DNA from: an uncultured Trueperaceae bacterium
GTDB taxonomy: Bacteria > Deinococcota > Deinococci > Deinococcales > Trueperaceae
NCBI GenBank assembly: GCA_963727505.1
Contig: CAVSGP010000004.1
Location: forward strand, 256,001-320,000
Direction: 5' to 3'
Length of the DNA: 64,000 bases
The translations under genes and the position numbers were made by a program. Below the pieces are notes generated by a model, which saw only the letters and a program-made list of their open reading frames with translations, had not been told where the DNA came from and did no database searches. This document shows positions 10,483 to 21,532 of the stretch, piece by piece (within the stretch, counting starts at the first letter, position 1; every line of letters starts with the position of its first letter).

Positions 10483-10572
10483 ACGCAGCGCCCGCCCTCC
10501 GGGTCGTTTGCCCGATTGCGGACGCCCCGTAGGGCGGGAGTATCATGAGGCCGTTGTCATCGGATCTCGTGA

Positions 10573-11592
<1,020 letters not shown>

Positions 11593-11645
11593 ACGGGCCT
11601 TCCGGCACCGCTCGCCCCACCGCGAACGCTCGGTTAGGAGCCTCC

Positions 11646-12824
11646 ATGTTCAGGACCCTCGAGGACCTCGACGTCAAGGACAAACGCGTCCTGGTCCGGG
11701 TCGACTTCAACGTCCCGATCAAGAACGGCCGCGTCGGCGACGACACCCGCATCCGCGCGGCCCTACCCACCCTGGAAGCGCTGTCCTCGCGCGGCGCGAC
11801 GCTCATCCTGATGAGCCATCTCGGCCGTCCCAAGGGGGTGGAAGAGTCGGCGCGCTTGCGGCCCGTGGCCGCACGCCTCGAGGAGCTGCTGGGGCGCGAC
11901 GTGCGCTACCTGGCCTGCGACGGGCCCGGCTCCGCCGAGCAGCAGGCCTTCGTCCAGGAGGCGCCGCACGGCAGCATCACGCTGCTCGAGAACACCCGCT
12001 TCGACGCCCGTGAGACCAAGAATGACCCCGCTCTGGCGCGCATCCTGGCGGGCTACGCCGACGTCTACGTCGACGACGCGTTCGGCTCGGCCCACCGTGC
12101 ACACGCCAGCACCGAGGGCGTGGCGCGGCTGCTGCCGTCGGCCGCCGGCCACCTGCTCGAACAGGAGCTGCATTCCCTGGGCAAGCTGCTCGACCGCCCG
12201 GAGCACCCGTTCGTGGTGATCCTGGGCGGCGCCAAGGTGTCGGACAAGATCGGTGTCATCAGCAGCCTTCTCCAGGTCGCGGACCGCATCCTCATCGGCG
12301 GCGCCATGGCCTTCACCTTCGCGGCGGCACAGGGTGGCAAGGTGGGAGCCTCGCGTGTCGAGGAGGACCAGTTCGACACCGCCCGGAGCCTTCTGGCGGA
12401 GGCTTCGGAGCGCGGCGTCACCGTGGTGCTCCCCGAGGACTCGGTATGCGCCAGCGAGCTGAAGGAGGGCGCGAAGACCTCGGTCCACCCCACCGATCAG
12501 ATCCCCGACGGGCTGCTCGGACTGGACGTCGGCCCGCGCGCCATCGAGGCCTTCCGTGAGGCGCTCGACGGCGCGCGCACGGTGTTCTGGAACGGTCCGC
12601 TAGGCGTGTTCGAGACGCCCCCGTTCGACGCCGGCACGGTGGCGATGGCGCACGCCGTCGCCGAGCTTCCCGCCTTCACGGTGGTGGGCGGCGGGGACTC
12701 CGTTGCCGCCGTGAACGGCACGGGTCTCGCCGACCGCATCGGCCACATCTCCACCGGCGGCGGGGCCGCGCTCGAGTTCCTCGAAGGCAAGACCCTCCCC
12801 GGCGTCGCGGTGCTGGGATCCTGA
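11646..12824 (+). CDS. pgk: Phosphoglycerate kinase
   Basis: RVDFNVP, SHLGRP, LGGAKVSDKI, HISTGGGA; ATG 11646 after AGGAG. Confidence 0.98.
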   Translation: MFRTLEDLDVKDKRVLVRVDFNVPIKNGRVGDDTRIRAALPTLEALSSRGATLILMSHLGRPKGVEESARLRPVAARLEELLGRDVRYLACDGPGSAEQQAFVQEAPHGSITLLENTRFDARETKNDPALARILAGYADVYVDDAFGSAHRAHASTEGVARLLPSAAGHLLEQELHSLGKLLDRPEHPFVVILGGAKVSDKIGVISSLLQVADRILIGGAMAFTFAAAQGGKVGASRVEEDQFDTARSLLAEASERGVTVVLPEDSVCASELKEGAKTSVHPTDQIPDGLLGLDVGPRAIEAFREALDGARTVFWNGPLGVFETPPFDAGTVAMAHAVAELPAFTVVGGGDSVAAVNGTGLADRIGHISTGGGAALEFLEGKTLPGVAVLGS

Positions 12825-12843
12825 GCGTTTCCCCGACGAGCCC

Positions 12844-13482
12844 GTGACCACGCCGCTACTGCAGCTCGATTCGAAGTTGTTCGGCCCCGCCGCGTCGCAA
12901 GACGCCGGGGCCGACGTGGCGAACATGGCCGGCGACTACGGCTACCTGGCGAGCGGCTATTACGGCTCGCTCGACGGTGAATTGCAGGGCCTGCGGCTCA
13001 TCCCGACCACCGGCGACGCGCTCGACGCCTACGTCGTGCCGATCGCCATGGAGAAGGCTCGTCTGGCCGGTCTGCCGGTGCCCGCGTTCCTCATCACGAC
13101 CTCGCGCTTCCCGCCGCCGCCGCTGATGGCCTACCCGGTCAACCCCTTCTCCGACAAGGGTGAGTTGCTCGTCGACGCAGACGCCATCGAGGCTCGTCGC
13201 AAGGGCCTGACCTACACGGGCAAGTATGCCGTGCTGTGCCAGGAGTTGCCGCCCGACTACCGCATCGACGTGGTGCGCTGCGTGCTGGGTCGGACCCTGG
13301 TACCGGAGTACGAGGCGTTCGCGCACGCGGTGTTCGCCACCTTCCGGCTGCCCCTGGCACGCGTGCGCGTGATCGTGACGCCCAGGGCATACCTGCTGTC
13401 GGCCCTGATGCCGCTGCCGCTCGCGCAACTCACGCCCGAGGAGCAGGCTCTGGTCGAGGAGCTGGGATCGTGGCGCGACTAG
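12844..13482 (+). CDS. RimK-like ATP-grasp N-terminal (RLAN) domain protein
   Basis: VANMAGDYGYLASGYYGSLDGELQG..IPT resembles the RLAN consensus (N...DYxYLSxGYYxSLxAE.RG..P); overlaps the next ATP-grasp gene. Confidence 0.72.
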   Translation: MTTPLLQLDSKLFGPAASQDAGADVANMAGDYGYLASGYYGSLDGELQGLRLIPTTGDALDAYVVPIAMEKARLAGLPVPAFLITTSRFPPPPLMAYPVNPFSDKGELLVDADAIEARRKGLTYTGKYAVLCQELPPDYRIDVVRCVLGRTLVPEYEAFAHAVFATFRLPLARVRVIVTPRAYLLSALMPLPLAQLTPEEQALVEELGSWRD

Positions 13483-14345
13483 CCATCTTCGCCGAGCGCT
13501 ACACCATCCGCTCGTCCGTGGAGCTCACCGCCCTGACGAACTTCCGCCTCGCGGCGTTCGAGATCGGCCACGAGCTCGACTTCCTGTTCAAAGACGAGCT
13601 GAAGTACCTCCGCAACTACGACGGGGTGCTGATCCGCGCGCTCACCGACCCGCTCAACACCAGCTACGTGGTGGCCCGCACCGCCGAGATGCTCGGCATC
13701 CGGGTGCTCGACCACGCCGAGTCGATCCGCATCTGTTGCGACAAGGTCAACATGTACTCCCGGCTCGAGAAGGACGGCGTACCGATCCCCGTCACCCGCT
13801 ACCTGGCCGAGGACGAGGTTCGCGAAGCAACGGCGGAGGCGTTGTTCGAGGCGCTCGGTTCGCCGCTGGTGCTGAAGGCGCCGAACTCCAGCTTCAGCCT
13901 CTACGTCGACAAGGTGGCCACGCCGGAGGCGTTCGTGAAGGTCGGCCGTCGCTTCCTGCGTCGCGCCGACCGGCTGGTGGTGCAGCAGTACATGCCCAGC
14001 GACTTCGACTGGCGCGTGATCACGCTCGACGGTCGCGTGCTCGCGGTCGTGAAGTACCGCTTCCCGCCGCAGGGGTGGCGCACCATGGACCGCAGCGATG
14101 CCGGCGAGTTGGCGAGCGTCGAGGGCGTCGCCCGGGAGCAGGCCGACCCCCGGTTGCTCGAGGTTGCGCTCGCCTCGGCGCGCGCCATCGGCAGCAGTCT
14201 CTACGGCGTCGACATCAAGGAGATCGACGGCGACTACTACGTCATCGAGGTGAACGACAACCCGACCATCGCGGCCGGTGAGGAAGACCAGGCCAACCCC
14301 GAGATCTACGCCGAGATCATCCGCTACCTTGCTGGCGACGGCTGA
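13470..14345 (+). CDS. RimK-like ATP-grasp ligase
   Basis: CCDK, PLVLKAPNSSFS, VVQQYMP, DWRV, YGVDIKE, VIEVNDNP; GTG start 13470. Confidence 0.88.
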   Translation: MARLAIFAERYTIRSSVELTALTNFRLAAFEIGHELDFLFKDELKYLRNYDGVLIRALTDPLNTSYVVARTAEMLGIRVLDHAESIRICCDKVNMYSRLEKDGVPIPVTRYLAEDEVREATAEALFEALGSPLVLKAPNSSFSLYVDKVATPEAFVKVGRRFLRRADRLVVQQYMPSDFDWRVITLDGRVLAVVKYRFPPQGWRTMDRSDAGELASVEGVAREQADPRLLEVALASARAIGSSLYGVDIKEIDGDYYVIEVNDNPTIAAGEEDQANPEIYAEIIRYLAGDG

Positions 14346-15495
14346 CCCGTCCCCAGCGCTCGACGAGCACCATGGCGCGTTGGCGACGCTTCCCGAAGCG
14401 ACTCACCGCCTCGAAGGTGTCGCGCCTGAGCGGCAGATGCACGCTGTCGGCGCGACCGGCGCCGTCGGGGATGAACGGGTCGTGGAGGTACAGGTGGCTC
14501 TCGTCGAAGCCGGTCGCGATCACCCAGTGCGGCACCTTCTCGGCATACAGCCGGTAACCCGACAGCATCACCAGCGGGACCGCCCCGCGCTTGAGCGCCT
14601 CCACCACGTCGCGGTCGGTGAAGTCGCGCAGCTCGGCGCGTCCGCCCAGGTCACGTAGGTCGCGCTCGAAGGTGTGGTGCGCGATGCGGATGACGTCCTT
14701 CTTGTCGTCGCTGCGGACCGAGTCGAGGAACGGCACCTCACCGTCGCTCGTCACCACGGTCGCGCGGAACCCGCGCCGCAACGCCGCCACCGCCAACCCG
14801 TGGGCGCTGCAACCGCCGTGCCCCGAGAGCATGAAGATGGTCGTCGCCTCGCGCCACAGAGCGAGCTCCAACCAACGTTCGAGCGGCACCGGGTAACCGT
14901 GGTAACGCATCGCCATCATCAGCGCGGCCGGCCCGCAGGTGAACTCCAGCGATTGCGGGTAGTAGGGCACCCCTAGCAAGGTGGCCCCGCCGGCGGCGAA
15001 GCTCTTCTGCATCCGCACCGCATCGGAGTGATCCTGGTAGTAGTCGGCGGTGCGGCCCACGACTTCGTAGCCGGCCTTCCGATACAGCGTGATGGCGGTC
15101 GCGTTGTCCTCGCGCACCTCGAGGCGCATGGCCACGGCGCCGCGCTCGCGCGCACCCTCCTCGGCCTTCGCCAGCAGCAAGCGCGCCACGCCCCGGCGGC
15201 GGCTCTCCGGCCTCACCACCAGGGAGTACAGTCGCGAGGAGACGAAGCCCTTTCGGAACAGCACGACAGCGTCTCCGACGACGCGTCCAGACGCCTCGGC
15301 AACCCACAGTTGAGCGCTGTCGCGCCCCAGCAGGCGGGACAGGGAGCTACGCCGGAGGCGGTCGCCGGGGAAGCTGCGCTCGAGTTCGGCCAGCGCCTCG
15401 AGGTCGACCTTGCCGGCACGCCGCACGCGCACCTCGCCGCCCTCGGCCTCCATGGGGTCGCCTCCGTCCGCCGGCTCTGCGTCCCGGCCGGTCAT
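14317..15495 (-). CDS. GNAT (RimI-like) acetyltransferase fused to C39-like (DUF3335-type) cysteine peptidase
   Basis: RLYSLVV..RRRGVA..LEVREDN..AITLY (GNAT); YYPQSLEFTCGPA, PHWV, HDP (Q/C/H/D residues of a papain-like fold). Confidence 0.85.
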   Translation of the reverse strand: MTGRDAEPADGGDPMEAEGGEVRVRRAGKVDLEALAELERSFPGDRLRRSSLSRLLGRDSAQLWVAEASGRVVGDAVVLFRKGFVSSRLYSLVVRPESRRRGVARLLLAKAEEGARERGAVAMRLEVREDNATAITLYRKAGYEVVGRTADYYQDHSDAVRMQKSFAAGGATLLGVPYYPQSLEFTCGPAALMMAMRYHGYPVPLERWLELALWREATTIFMLSGHGGCSAHGLAVAALRRGFRATVVTSDGEVPFLDSVRSDDKKDVIRIAHHTFERDLRDLGGRAELRDFTDRDVVEALKRGAVPLVMLSGYRLYAEKVPHWVIATGFDESHLYLHDPFIPDGAGRADSVHLPLRRDTFEAVSRFGKRRQRAMVLVERWGRVSRRQQGSG

Positions 15496-15496
15496 G

Positions 15497-16468
15497 TTAG
15501 CCCTGGCGCTCCGCCAGCGCCTCCTTGAGCGGCGGCACGACGGCGTTGACGTCGCCGACCACGCCGTAGTCACACACCTTGAAGATGGGGGCGTCGGGGT
15601 CCTTGTTGATCGCGACGATCACCTTGGAGCGGTTCATGCCAGAGAGGTGCTGGACCGCGCCGGACACGCCGAGCGCCAGGTAGAGCTCGGGCGCCACCGT
15701 CTTGCCCGTCTGCCCCACTTGCTCGGCGTAGGGGCGCCAGCCCGCGTCGACCACGGCGCGCGTCGAGCCGACGCCGGCTCCCAGCAGATCGGCCAGCGGC
15801 TCCACCAGGCGCGTGAAGCCGTCGGCATCGCCCACGCCGCGACCGCCGGTGACGACGATCTTTGCGTCCTCCAGGGCCACGCGCCCGCCCTTCGCGCTGG
15901 TGCGGTCGCCGACCTCGACGCGGCCGTCGTTCTCGCCGAGCGCAACGTCGGCGTCCTGTACCTCGCCTGCCGCGTCGGCGGGCTCGGCGGCCGTGAACAC
16001 GTTGGGCTTGACGCTGACGACGGCGGGCAGTGCCTCGGCCCGCACGGTCTCGGTCACGCGCGACAGATACGTGAAGCGCGTGGCCGTCACCTTGCCGTCC
16101 TGCACCCCGACCGCGTTGACGTCCTCGAGCAGGGGCACGCCAAGGCGCATCGCCAGACGCGGGCCCAGGCTCTGGCCGGAGCGCGACGCTCCCATCAGCA
16201 CCACCTGGGCGCCGGTCCGCTGCACGAGCCCGTGAACGGCGCTGGTGAAGGGTTCGGCCCGGAACGGCGCCAGCGCCTCGGAGGCGAGGCGGTACACGGT
16301 CGGCAGGTAGCGAGCGAGGTCTTCGGCCTTCGGCGCCGGGTCGGCGCCGAGCACCGCCGCGGCGAGCGGCTGGCCGAGCGAAGCGGCGAGCTCGCGGCCC
16401 GCTCGGATCAGCTCCAGGTCCGCCTTCTGTGCGCGGTCCGCGTTGGCTTGGGTCACGATGAGGATCAT
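15497..16468 (-). CDS. etfA: Electron transfer flavoprotein alpha subunit
   Basis: VVTGGRG, GSTRAVVD, QVGQTGK, GVSGAVQHLSGM, AINKDPDAPIF. Confidence 0.96.
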   Translation of the reverse strand: MILIVTQANADRAQKADLELIRAGRELAASLGQPLAAAVLGADPAPKAEDLARYLPTVYRLASEALAPFRAEPFTSAVHGLVQRTGAQVVLMGASRSGQSLGPRLAMRLGVPLLEDVNAVGVQDGKVTATRFTYLSRVTETVRAEALPAVVSVKPNVFTAAEPADAAGEVQDADVALGENDGRVEVGDRTSAKGGRVALEDAKIVVTGGRGVGDADGFTRLVEPLADLLGAGVGSTRAVVDAGWRPYAEQVGQTGKTVAPELYLALGVSGAVQHLSGMNRSKVIVAINKDPDAPIFKVCDYGVVGDVNAVVPPLKEALAERQG

Positions 16469-16485
16469 GCCGTCTCCTTGCACGC

Positions 16486-17244
16486 CTACGACAGCACCTT
16501 GGCCTCGTCGGCCAGGAGGCGTGCCAGCTCGCGGGCGGCCTCGTCGGGGTCGCCCTCCAGGACGTTTCCGATGCGCTCGCGGGTCTGGATGGTCTGTTCC
16601 AGCGTGGTCGTCAGCGGCTCGGCGCCGCCGAAGTCCTCGAGCGTCTTCTTGGCAAGCTCCTTGCGCTTGGCCTTCATGATGTTGGGGAGCGTCGGATAGC
16701 GGGGCTCGTTGAGTCCCTGCTGCGTGGTCACCACCGCCGGCAAGGGCAGCGTCAACGCCTCGCTTCCGTCGTCGGTGTCGTGGCGCGTGCGGAGCGTACC
16801 GCCACCGATCTCGAGCTCGGTCGTCCAGTCGCTGTGCGGCCAGCCCAGCGCCTCGGCTACGGCGGCGCCCAGGGCCGCGCTGTCCCAGTCGGCTTCCTTG
16901 CCGCCCACCAGGACCAGATCGGCGGACTCCTCCTGGATGACGTGCGCGAGCACGCGCGCCTGCGCGATGGCGTCGAGGGCAACGTCGGTCTCGATGTGCA
17001 CAGCGCGGTCCGCACCCATGGCGAGGGCCGTGCGCACGGCTTCCTCGAAGCGCTGCGGACCGAGTGCCAGCGCGATCACTTCGGCCTCGACCCCGCCCTC
17101 GCGGATCCGTAACGCCTCTTCGACGCCGTACTCGTCCATGCCGTCGATCACGAAGGTGACCCCACCGAGGTCCACCTTCCCGTCGCCGGTCCGCACCCGC
17201 GCCTCGGCGTCGGGCACCTGTTTCAGGATGGTCACGATCTTCAT
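16486..17244 (-). CDS. etfB: Electron transfer flavoprotein beta subunit
   Basis: [27 protein letters not shown]. Confidence 0.96.
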   Translation of the reverse strand: MKIVTILKQVPDAEARVRTGDGKVDLGGVTFVIDGMDEYGVEEALRIREGGVEAEVIALALGPQRFEEAVRTALAMGADRAVHIETDVALDAIAQARVLAHVIQEESADLVLVGGKEADWDSAALGAAVAEALGWPHSDWTTELEIGGGTLRTRHDTDDGSEALTLPLPAVVTTQQGLNEPRYPTLPNIMKAKRKELAKKTLEDFGGAEPLTTTLEQTIQTRERIGNVLEGDPDEAARELARLLADEAKVLS

Positions 17245-17387
17245 GGTGTCCTCCAGGTCGCGCCGGAGGGCGCGACGTCGGTCGAGGGTCTCAGGGGTGG
17301 GGCTCTACGGCGGGAATGCCGGCCCGCGTCGGCCCGAGCGCGGCGCGACCCGCCAGCACGGCCGTCCGCCGCCGACGCCCCACCCGA

Positions 17388-18539
17388 CTATTCTAGGACC
17401 TGCCGCAGCAGCCCACGTGCGATCACCACGCGTTGGATCTCGTTGGTCCCCTCGTAGATCTGATTGAGCTTCACATCACGCATCAGCTTCTCCACCGGAT
17501 ACTCGTTGACGTAGCCGTAGCCGCCGTGGACGTTGAGCGCCTCGTCGGCGGCCTTGAACGCCATGTCGGAGGCATAGGCCTTCGCGATGGCGGCGGCCTC
17601 CCCGTGCGGCAGGCCCCGATCGGCCAGCCAGGCGGCGTGGTAGGTCTGCCAGCGCGCAGTCTCGATGCCGATCTTCATCTCCGCGAGCTTGAACTGGATC
17701 GCCTGGAACTGCGCGATCGGACGACCGAAGGCGTGTCGCTCGGCCGCGTAGGAGAGCGACTCGTCCAGCGCCCGGCGCGCCACCCCCACCGACCCTGCGG
17801 CGACCGGGATACGAGTCTTGTCGAGCGTCTGCATCGCGATGCGGAAGCCATCCCCCGGCTCGCCGAGGATGTTGGCACGCGGCACGCGTACGTCGTCGAA
17901 GGCCAGCTCGGCGGTGGGGCTGGCTCGCTGCCCCAGCTTGCCGTGCAGCTTCGTTGCGTGGAATCCCTCCCGACCGGACTCGACCACCACGGCCAGCGTG
18001 CCGCGGTGCTTGCGCTCCGGGTCGAAGGTCGCGAACACCACCGTGAACTCGGCCCGATCGCCGTTGCTGATCCACATCTTGTTGCCGTTCAAGATCACGT
18101 CGTCGCCGTCGAGGACGGCCCGCGTCTTCATGGCGGCGGCGTCGCTGCCGTTGTCGGGCTCGGAGAGCGCGAAGGCAGCGAGCTTCGGGCCCTCGGTCAA
18201 CGGACGCAGGAAGCGCTCGTGCTGTTCGGGACTGCCCGCCAGCAGCAGTGGTGTGATCCCGAGCTCCGAGGCCATGAAGATGGTGTAGATCCCCATGCAA
18301 CCGTACGCGAGCTCCTCGCCGATGATGGCCTCGTCGACCGAGCCCAGACCCAGGCCGCCGGCCGACTCGGGCACGATGGTGTTGAGCAGGCCCAGCTCGT
18401 GGCCGCGCCGGATCACCTCGTCGGGATAGCTCTCCTCCCGATCGTGCTGCGCGGCCACAGGCTGGATGTGGTCGCGCGCGAACTGCCGCGCCAGGCTCTG
18501 GAACTGCTTCTGCTCGTCGGTGAGCTCGAAATCGATCAC
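17388..18539 (-). CDS. Acyl-CoA dehydrogenase
   Basis: FALSEPDNGSD, KMWISNG, GGYGY, IYEGTNEIQR. Confidence 0.95.
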   Translation of the reverse strand: MIDFELTDEQKQFQSLARQFARDHIQPVAAQHDREESYPDEVIRRGHELGLLNTIVPESAGGLGLGSVDEAIIGEELAYGCMGIYTIFMASELGITPLLLAGSPEQHERFLRPLTEGPKLAAFALSEPDNGSDAAAMKTRAVLDGDDVILNGNKMWISNGDRAEFTVVFATFDPERKHRGTLAVVVESGREGFHATKLHGKLGQRASPTAELAFDDVRVPRANILGEPGDGFRIAMQTLDKTRIPVAAGSVGVARRALDESLSYAAERHAFGRPIAQFQAIQFKLAEMKIGIETARWQTYHAAWLADRGLPHGEAAAIAKAYASDMAFKAADEALNVHGGYGYVNEYPVEKLMRDVKLNQIYEGTNEIQRVVIARGLLRQVLE

Positions 18540-18576
18540 TCGTCCGCTCCTATTCGAGGCGACCGGCCGTGGTCAC

Positions 18577-19731
18577 CTAGCGGCGCTCCAGGTCGCGGTA
18601 GATCTGGCGGTGGATCACCATGCGTTGGATCTCGCTGGTGCCCTCGTAGATCTCCGTGACCCGTGCGTCCCTGAAGTAGCGCTCCACCGGGTAGTCCTGT
18701 GTGTAGCCGTACCCTCCGAACACCTGGATGGCATCGTGGGTGATCCGTCCCGCGGCGCTCGAGGCGAAGAGCTTGGCCTGCGCCGCCTCCCGCGTCACGC
18801 GGTAACCACGGTCCTTCAGCCAGGCGGCGCGCAGCGTCAGCATGCGGGCCGCCTCCAGCTCGGTGTCCATGTCGGCCAACGAGAAGCCGATCGCCTGGTA
18901 GTGGTGGATCGCCTTCCCGAACGCGGTGCGCTCGGCGGCGTAGTCCCGTGCCGCCTCGAAGGCCGCACGCGCCACGCCCGTGGCCAGGGCCGCGATGCCG
19001 ATGCGGCCGCCGTCGAGCGACGCCATGGCGATGACGAAACCCTGCCCCTCGGGACCGAGGAGCGCGTCGTCGGCCACGAAGCAGTCGTCGAAGGTCACGG
19101 TGGTGGTGATGGCGGCGTGCTGGCCGAGTTTCCGCTCGGGCCGGCCGAAGCTCATCCCCTCCGCGCCCTTCTCGACGAGGAAACAGCTCACGCCGCGCGC
19201 GCCGGCGTGGGAATCGGTCTTGGCCATCACCAGGTAGAGCTGGGCCTCGCCGCCGCTGGTGATCCAGGCCTTCGTGCCGTTGAGCACGTAGCCCCCGTCG
19301 GCGCGCCGGGCGCGCGTGGTCATGGCCACAGCGTCGGAGCCGGCGTGCGGCTCCGAGAGGCAGAAGGCGCCGATCCAGGCACCGCTCGCCAGTTTCGGGA
19401 GGTAGCGCTCCTTCTGATCGTCCGAGCCATAGCGCAACAGCATGCTCTGCGGCAGTCCGTTGGTGACGCTCATGATGGTGGCGTGGCTGGCGTCGGCGGC
19501 GGCGATCTCCTCGAGCAACACGACGTAACTGAGCGTGTCGAGGCCGGCGCCGCCGTAACGCTCCGGGGTGGTGACGCCGAGCAGGCCCAGCTCCCCCATC
19601 TTGCGCAACGTCTCCCAGGGGAAGCGCGGCTCACGGTCCAGCTCGGCAGCCAGCGGCGCCAGCTCCGTGCGGGCGAAGTGCCGCACGTGCGTCTGCATCG
19701 CCAGGAGCTCTTCGGAGAGGGAGAAGTCCAT
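18577..19731 (-). CDS. Acyl-CoA dehydrogenase
   Basis: FCLSEPHAGSD, KAWITSG, GGYGY, IYEGTSEIQR; start at MDFSLSEE. Confidence 0.95.
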   Translation of the reverse strand: MDFSLSEELLAMQTHVRHFARTELAPLAAELDREPRFPWETLRKMGELGLLGVTTPERYGGAGLDTLSYVVLLEEIAAADASHATIMSVTNGLPQSMLLRYGSDDQKERYLPKLASGAWIGAFCLSEPHAGSDAVAMTTRARRADGGYVLNGTKAWITSGGEAQLYLVMAKTDSHAGARGVSCFLVEKGAEGMSFGRPERKLGQHAAITTTVTFDDCFVADDALLGPEGQGFVIAMASLDGGRIGIAALATGVARAAFEAARDYAAERTAFGKAIHHYQAIGFSLADMDTELEAARMLTLRAAWLKDRGYRVTREAAQAKLFASSAAGRITHDAIQVFGGYGYTQDYPVERYFRDARVTEIYEGTSEIQRMVIHRQIYRDLERR

Positions 19732-19836
19732 GGTCACCGGCGCGCTCGCGAGAAGGGCGCACCGCCGAGTATACCGAGCGCTCGCGGATGCGCCGCGAGC
19801 GGCCCTCGGCCCGCGTACAACCGCTAGACTGGCGCC

Positions 19837-20160
19837 ATGACAGCGAAGGAGCTGCTCCACCGCATCCCCCAGAGCTTCGACGCCCGCGATATGGATGAGA
19901 AGGCCGTCATCCAGTACGCCATCTCCGAGCCCGTGTACCACGTGCTCGAGGACGGCAAGTTGACGGCGCACGACGGCGAAGCCGATGCTCCCGACGTCAC
20001 CATCCGCGTCAGCGACGAGAACCTCATCCGGCTGATGAAGGGGGAGCTCAACCCCATGTCGGCGTTCATGACCGGCAAGCTGAAGGTCGACGGCAACGTC
20101 ATGCTGGCGCAGCGCCTGGTCTCGCACGTCGACCGCTCGAGCCTGGCCGACCTCTCCTGA
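19837..20160 (+). CDS. SCP2 sterol/lipid-binding domain protein, probably leaderless
   Basis: PDVTI...GELNPMSAFMTGKLKVDGN; TAGACT 6 nt before the ATG. Confidence 0.9.
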   Translation: MTAKELLHRIPQSFDARDMDEKAVIQYAISEPVYHVLEDGKLTAHDGEADAPDVTIRVSDENLIRLMKGELNPMSAFMTGKLKVDGNVMLAQRLVSHVDRSSLADLS

Positions 20161-20673
20161 TCAGCCCGCCTCGCCCTCCTCCACGCCGAGGAAGACACCG
20201 CCCTCGCCGTAGAAGGCCGCCCGGTAGCCCCGGTAGCGGCCCTCTTCGTAGCGCAAGCGCGCGGAGAAGAAAGCAGACCGGTCCAGCCACGGCAGGAACA
20301 CGCGATCGCCCGGCCACAACATCAGGTCGAGCAAGGCCTCGTCCGGCACCCAGTGCAACGTGCCCTCGGGCGAGCGCGCCACCAGCTCGCCCGAGAATCG
20401 CGGCACGACGTAGACGAAGGCGTACCAGTCGTCCTTGCCGTCGAACGCCGGGAACGTCAGGAAGCCCTTGAGGTGCGCTTCCTCGACGAGCAGACCCGAT
20501 TCCTCGAGGACCTCGCGCCGAACGCACGCCTCCGGCGACTCCCCGGGCTCGAACTTCCCGCCCAGGCCGTTGTAGCGGCCGCGATGGTAGTCGTCCGCCC
20601 GGCCGCTGCGGTGGAGCATCAGGGTGTGGCCGTCGTGGCGCAGGTAGGCCAGCGTAGCGAGCTTCAGGCCCAT
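20161..20673 (-). CDS. Nudix hydrolase, 8-oxo-dGTP diphosphatase (MTH1-like)
   Basis: NGLGGKFEPGESPEACVRREVLEESGL Nudix box, WPGD. Confidence 0.88.
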   Translation of the reverse strand: MGLKLATLAYLRHDGHTLMLHRSGRADDYHRGRYNGLGGKFEPGESPEACVRREVLEESGLLVEEAHLKGFLTFPAFDGKDDWYAFVYVVPRFSGELVARSPEGTLHWVPDEALLDLMLWPGDRVFLPWLDRSAFFSARLRYEEGRYRGYRAAFYGEGGVFLGVEEGEAG

Positions 20674-20721
20674 GGCGCCACGCCCACGGTGTCGCGACCA
20701 GGTTCAGCTACTCCCACTCGG

Positions 20722-21024
20722 TTACTCCCACCCCGTGTCCTCGACCCCTTCGCGTGCCAGTGTCGCCGCCAGCAGGTCGCGCAGGCGGGCGTCGTCGACC
20801 AGTCCGTCGCCACGCTCGACCCGCAAGCGCAGCCGGCCGGACGCGGCGATGCCGCGCCGGGCCAGGTGGGTGCCGGCGAAACGCACTGCTTCCTCGGGCG
20901 AGCTCGTCGGGGCTTGCAGGGTCTCGCGCTCCCGATCGCCGGCGGGAGACTCCAACACCATCAACAGCTCGATGCGGCCGCCACGTCGCCGCACGAAGAG
21001 CTGCTCCACGCGGTCGACGCGCAC
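20722..21024 (-). CDS. Hypothetical protein (100 aa)
   Basis: Fills the gap between ask and the Nudix gene on the same strand, with a GGAG RBS. Confidence 0.65.
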   Translation of the reverse strand: MRVDRVEQLFVRRRGGRIELLMVLESPAGDRERETLQAPTSSPEEAVRFAGTHLARRGIAASGRLRLRVERGDGLVDDARLRDLLAATLAREGVEDTGWE

Positions 21025-21034
21025 CGCTGCGCTC

Positions 21035-21532
21035 CTAACCCGCCTGCTCGGGCGCGTCCAACCCGAAGGCTGCGTGGACGGCGCGCAGCGCCTCCTTGGC
21101 GCGTTGCGCCGGGATCACGACGCTGATGCGGACCTCGCTGGTGGTGATCATCTCGATGTTGGCCCCGGCCGTGGCAACGGCGTCGAACATCCGGCCGGCC
21201 ACGCCGGGCGTGGAACCCACCGCGATGCCCACGATGGAGAGCTTCGCGACGTCCGGGTCGGCCGTGGCGCTGGCCCCGAACCCCTCGAGCACCGGCTGGA
21301 TCGCGTCGAGCGCCTCCTGCATGACGTCCTGCGGCACCGTGAAGGCCATCTGCTGACGGCTCTCCGAGACGGCGCGCACCCCCTGGACGATCATGTCGGG
21401 GCTGACCCCGGCGCGGCCCAGCGCCGCGAACAGGCGCGCGGCGATGCCCGGCTCGTCGGGAACACCGTGCACGTCGATGCGGGCATGGTTGAGGTCGAGG
21501 GCTACACCGGTGACCGGTTTCTCCGTGATCAT
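21035..21532 (-). CDS. askB: Probable in-frame aspartate kinase beta subunit (internal start)
   Basis: GAGGAGG 5 nt upstream of an internal ATG (MITEKPVTG) at the start of the ACT region. Confidence 0.7.
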   Translation of the reverse strand: MITEKPVTGVALDLNHARIDVHGVPDEPGIAARLFAALGRAGVSPDMIVQGVRAVSESRQQMAFTVPQDVMQEALDAIQPVLEGFGASATADPDVAKLSIVGIAVGSTPGVAGRMFDAVATAGANIEMITTSEVRISVVIPAQRAKEALRAVHAAFGLDAPEQAG

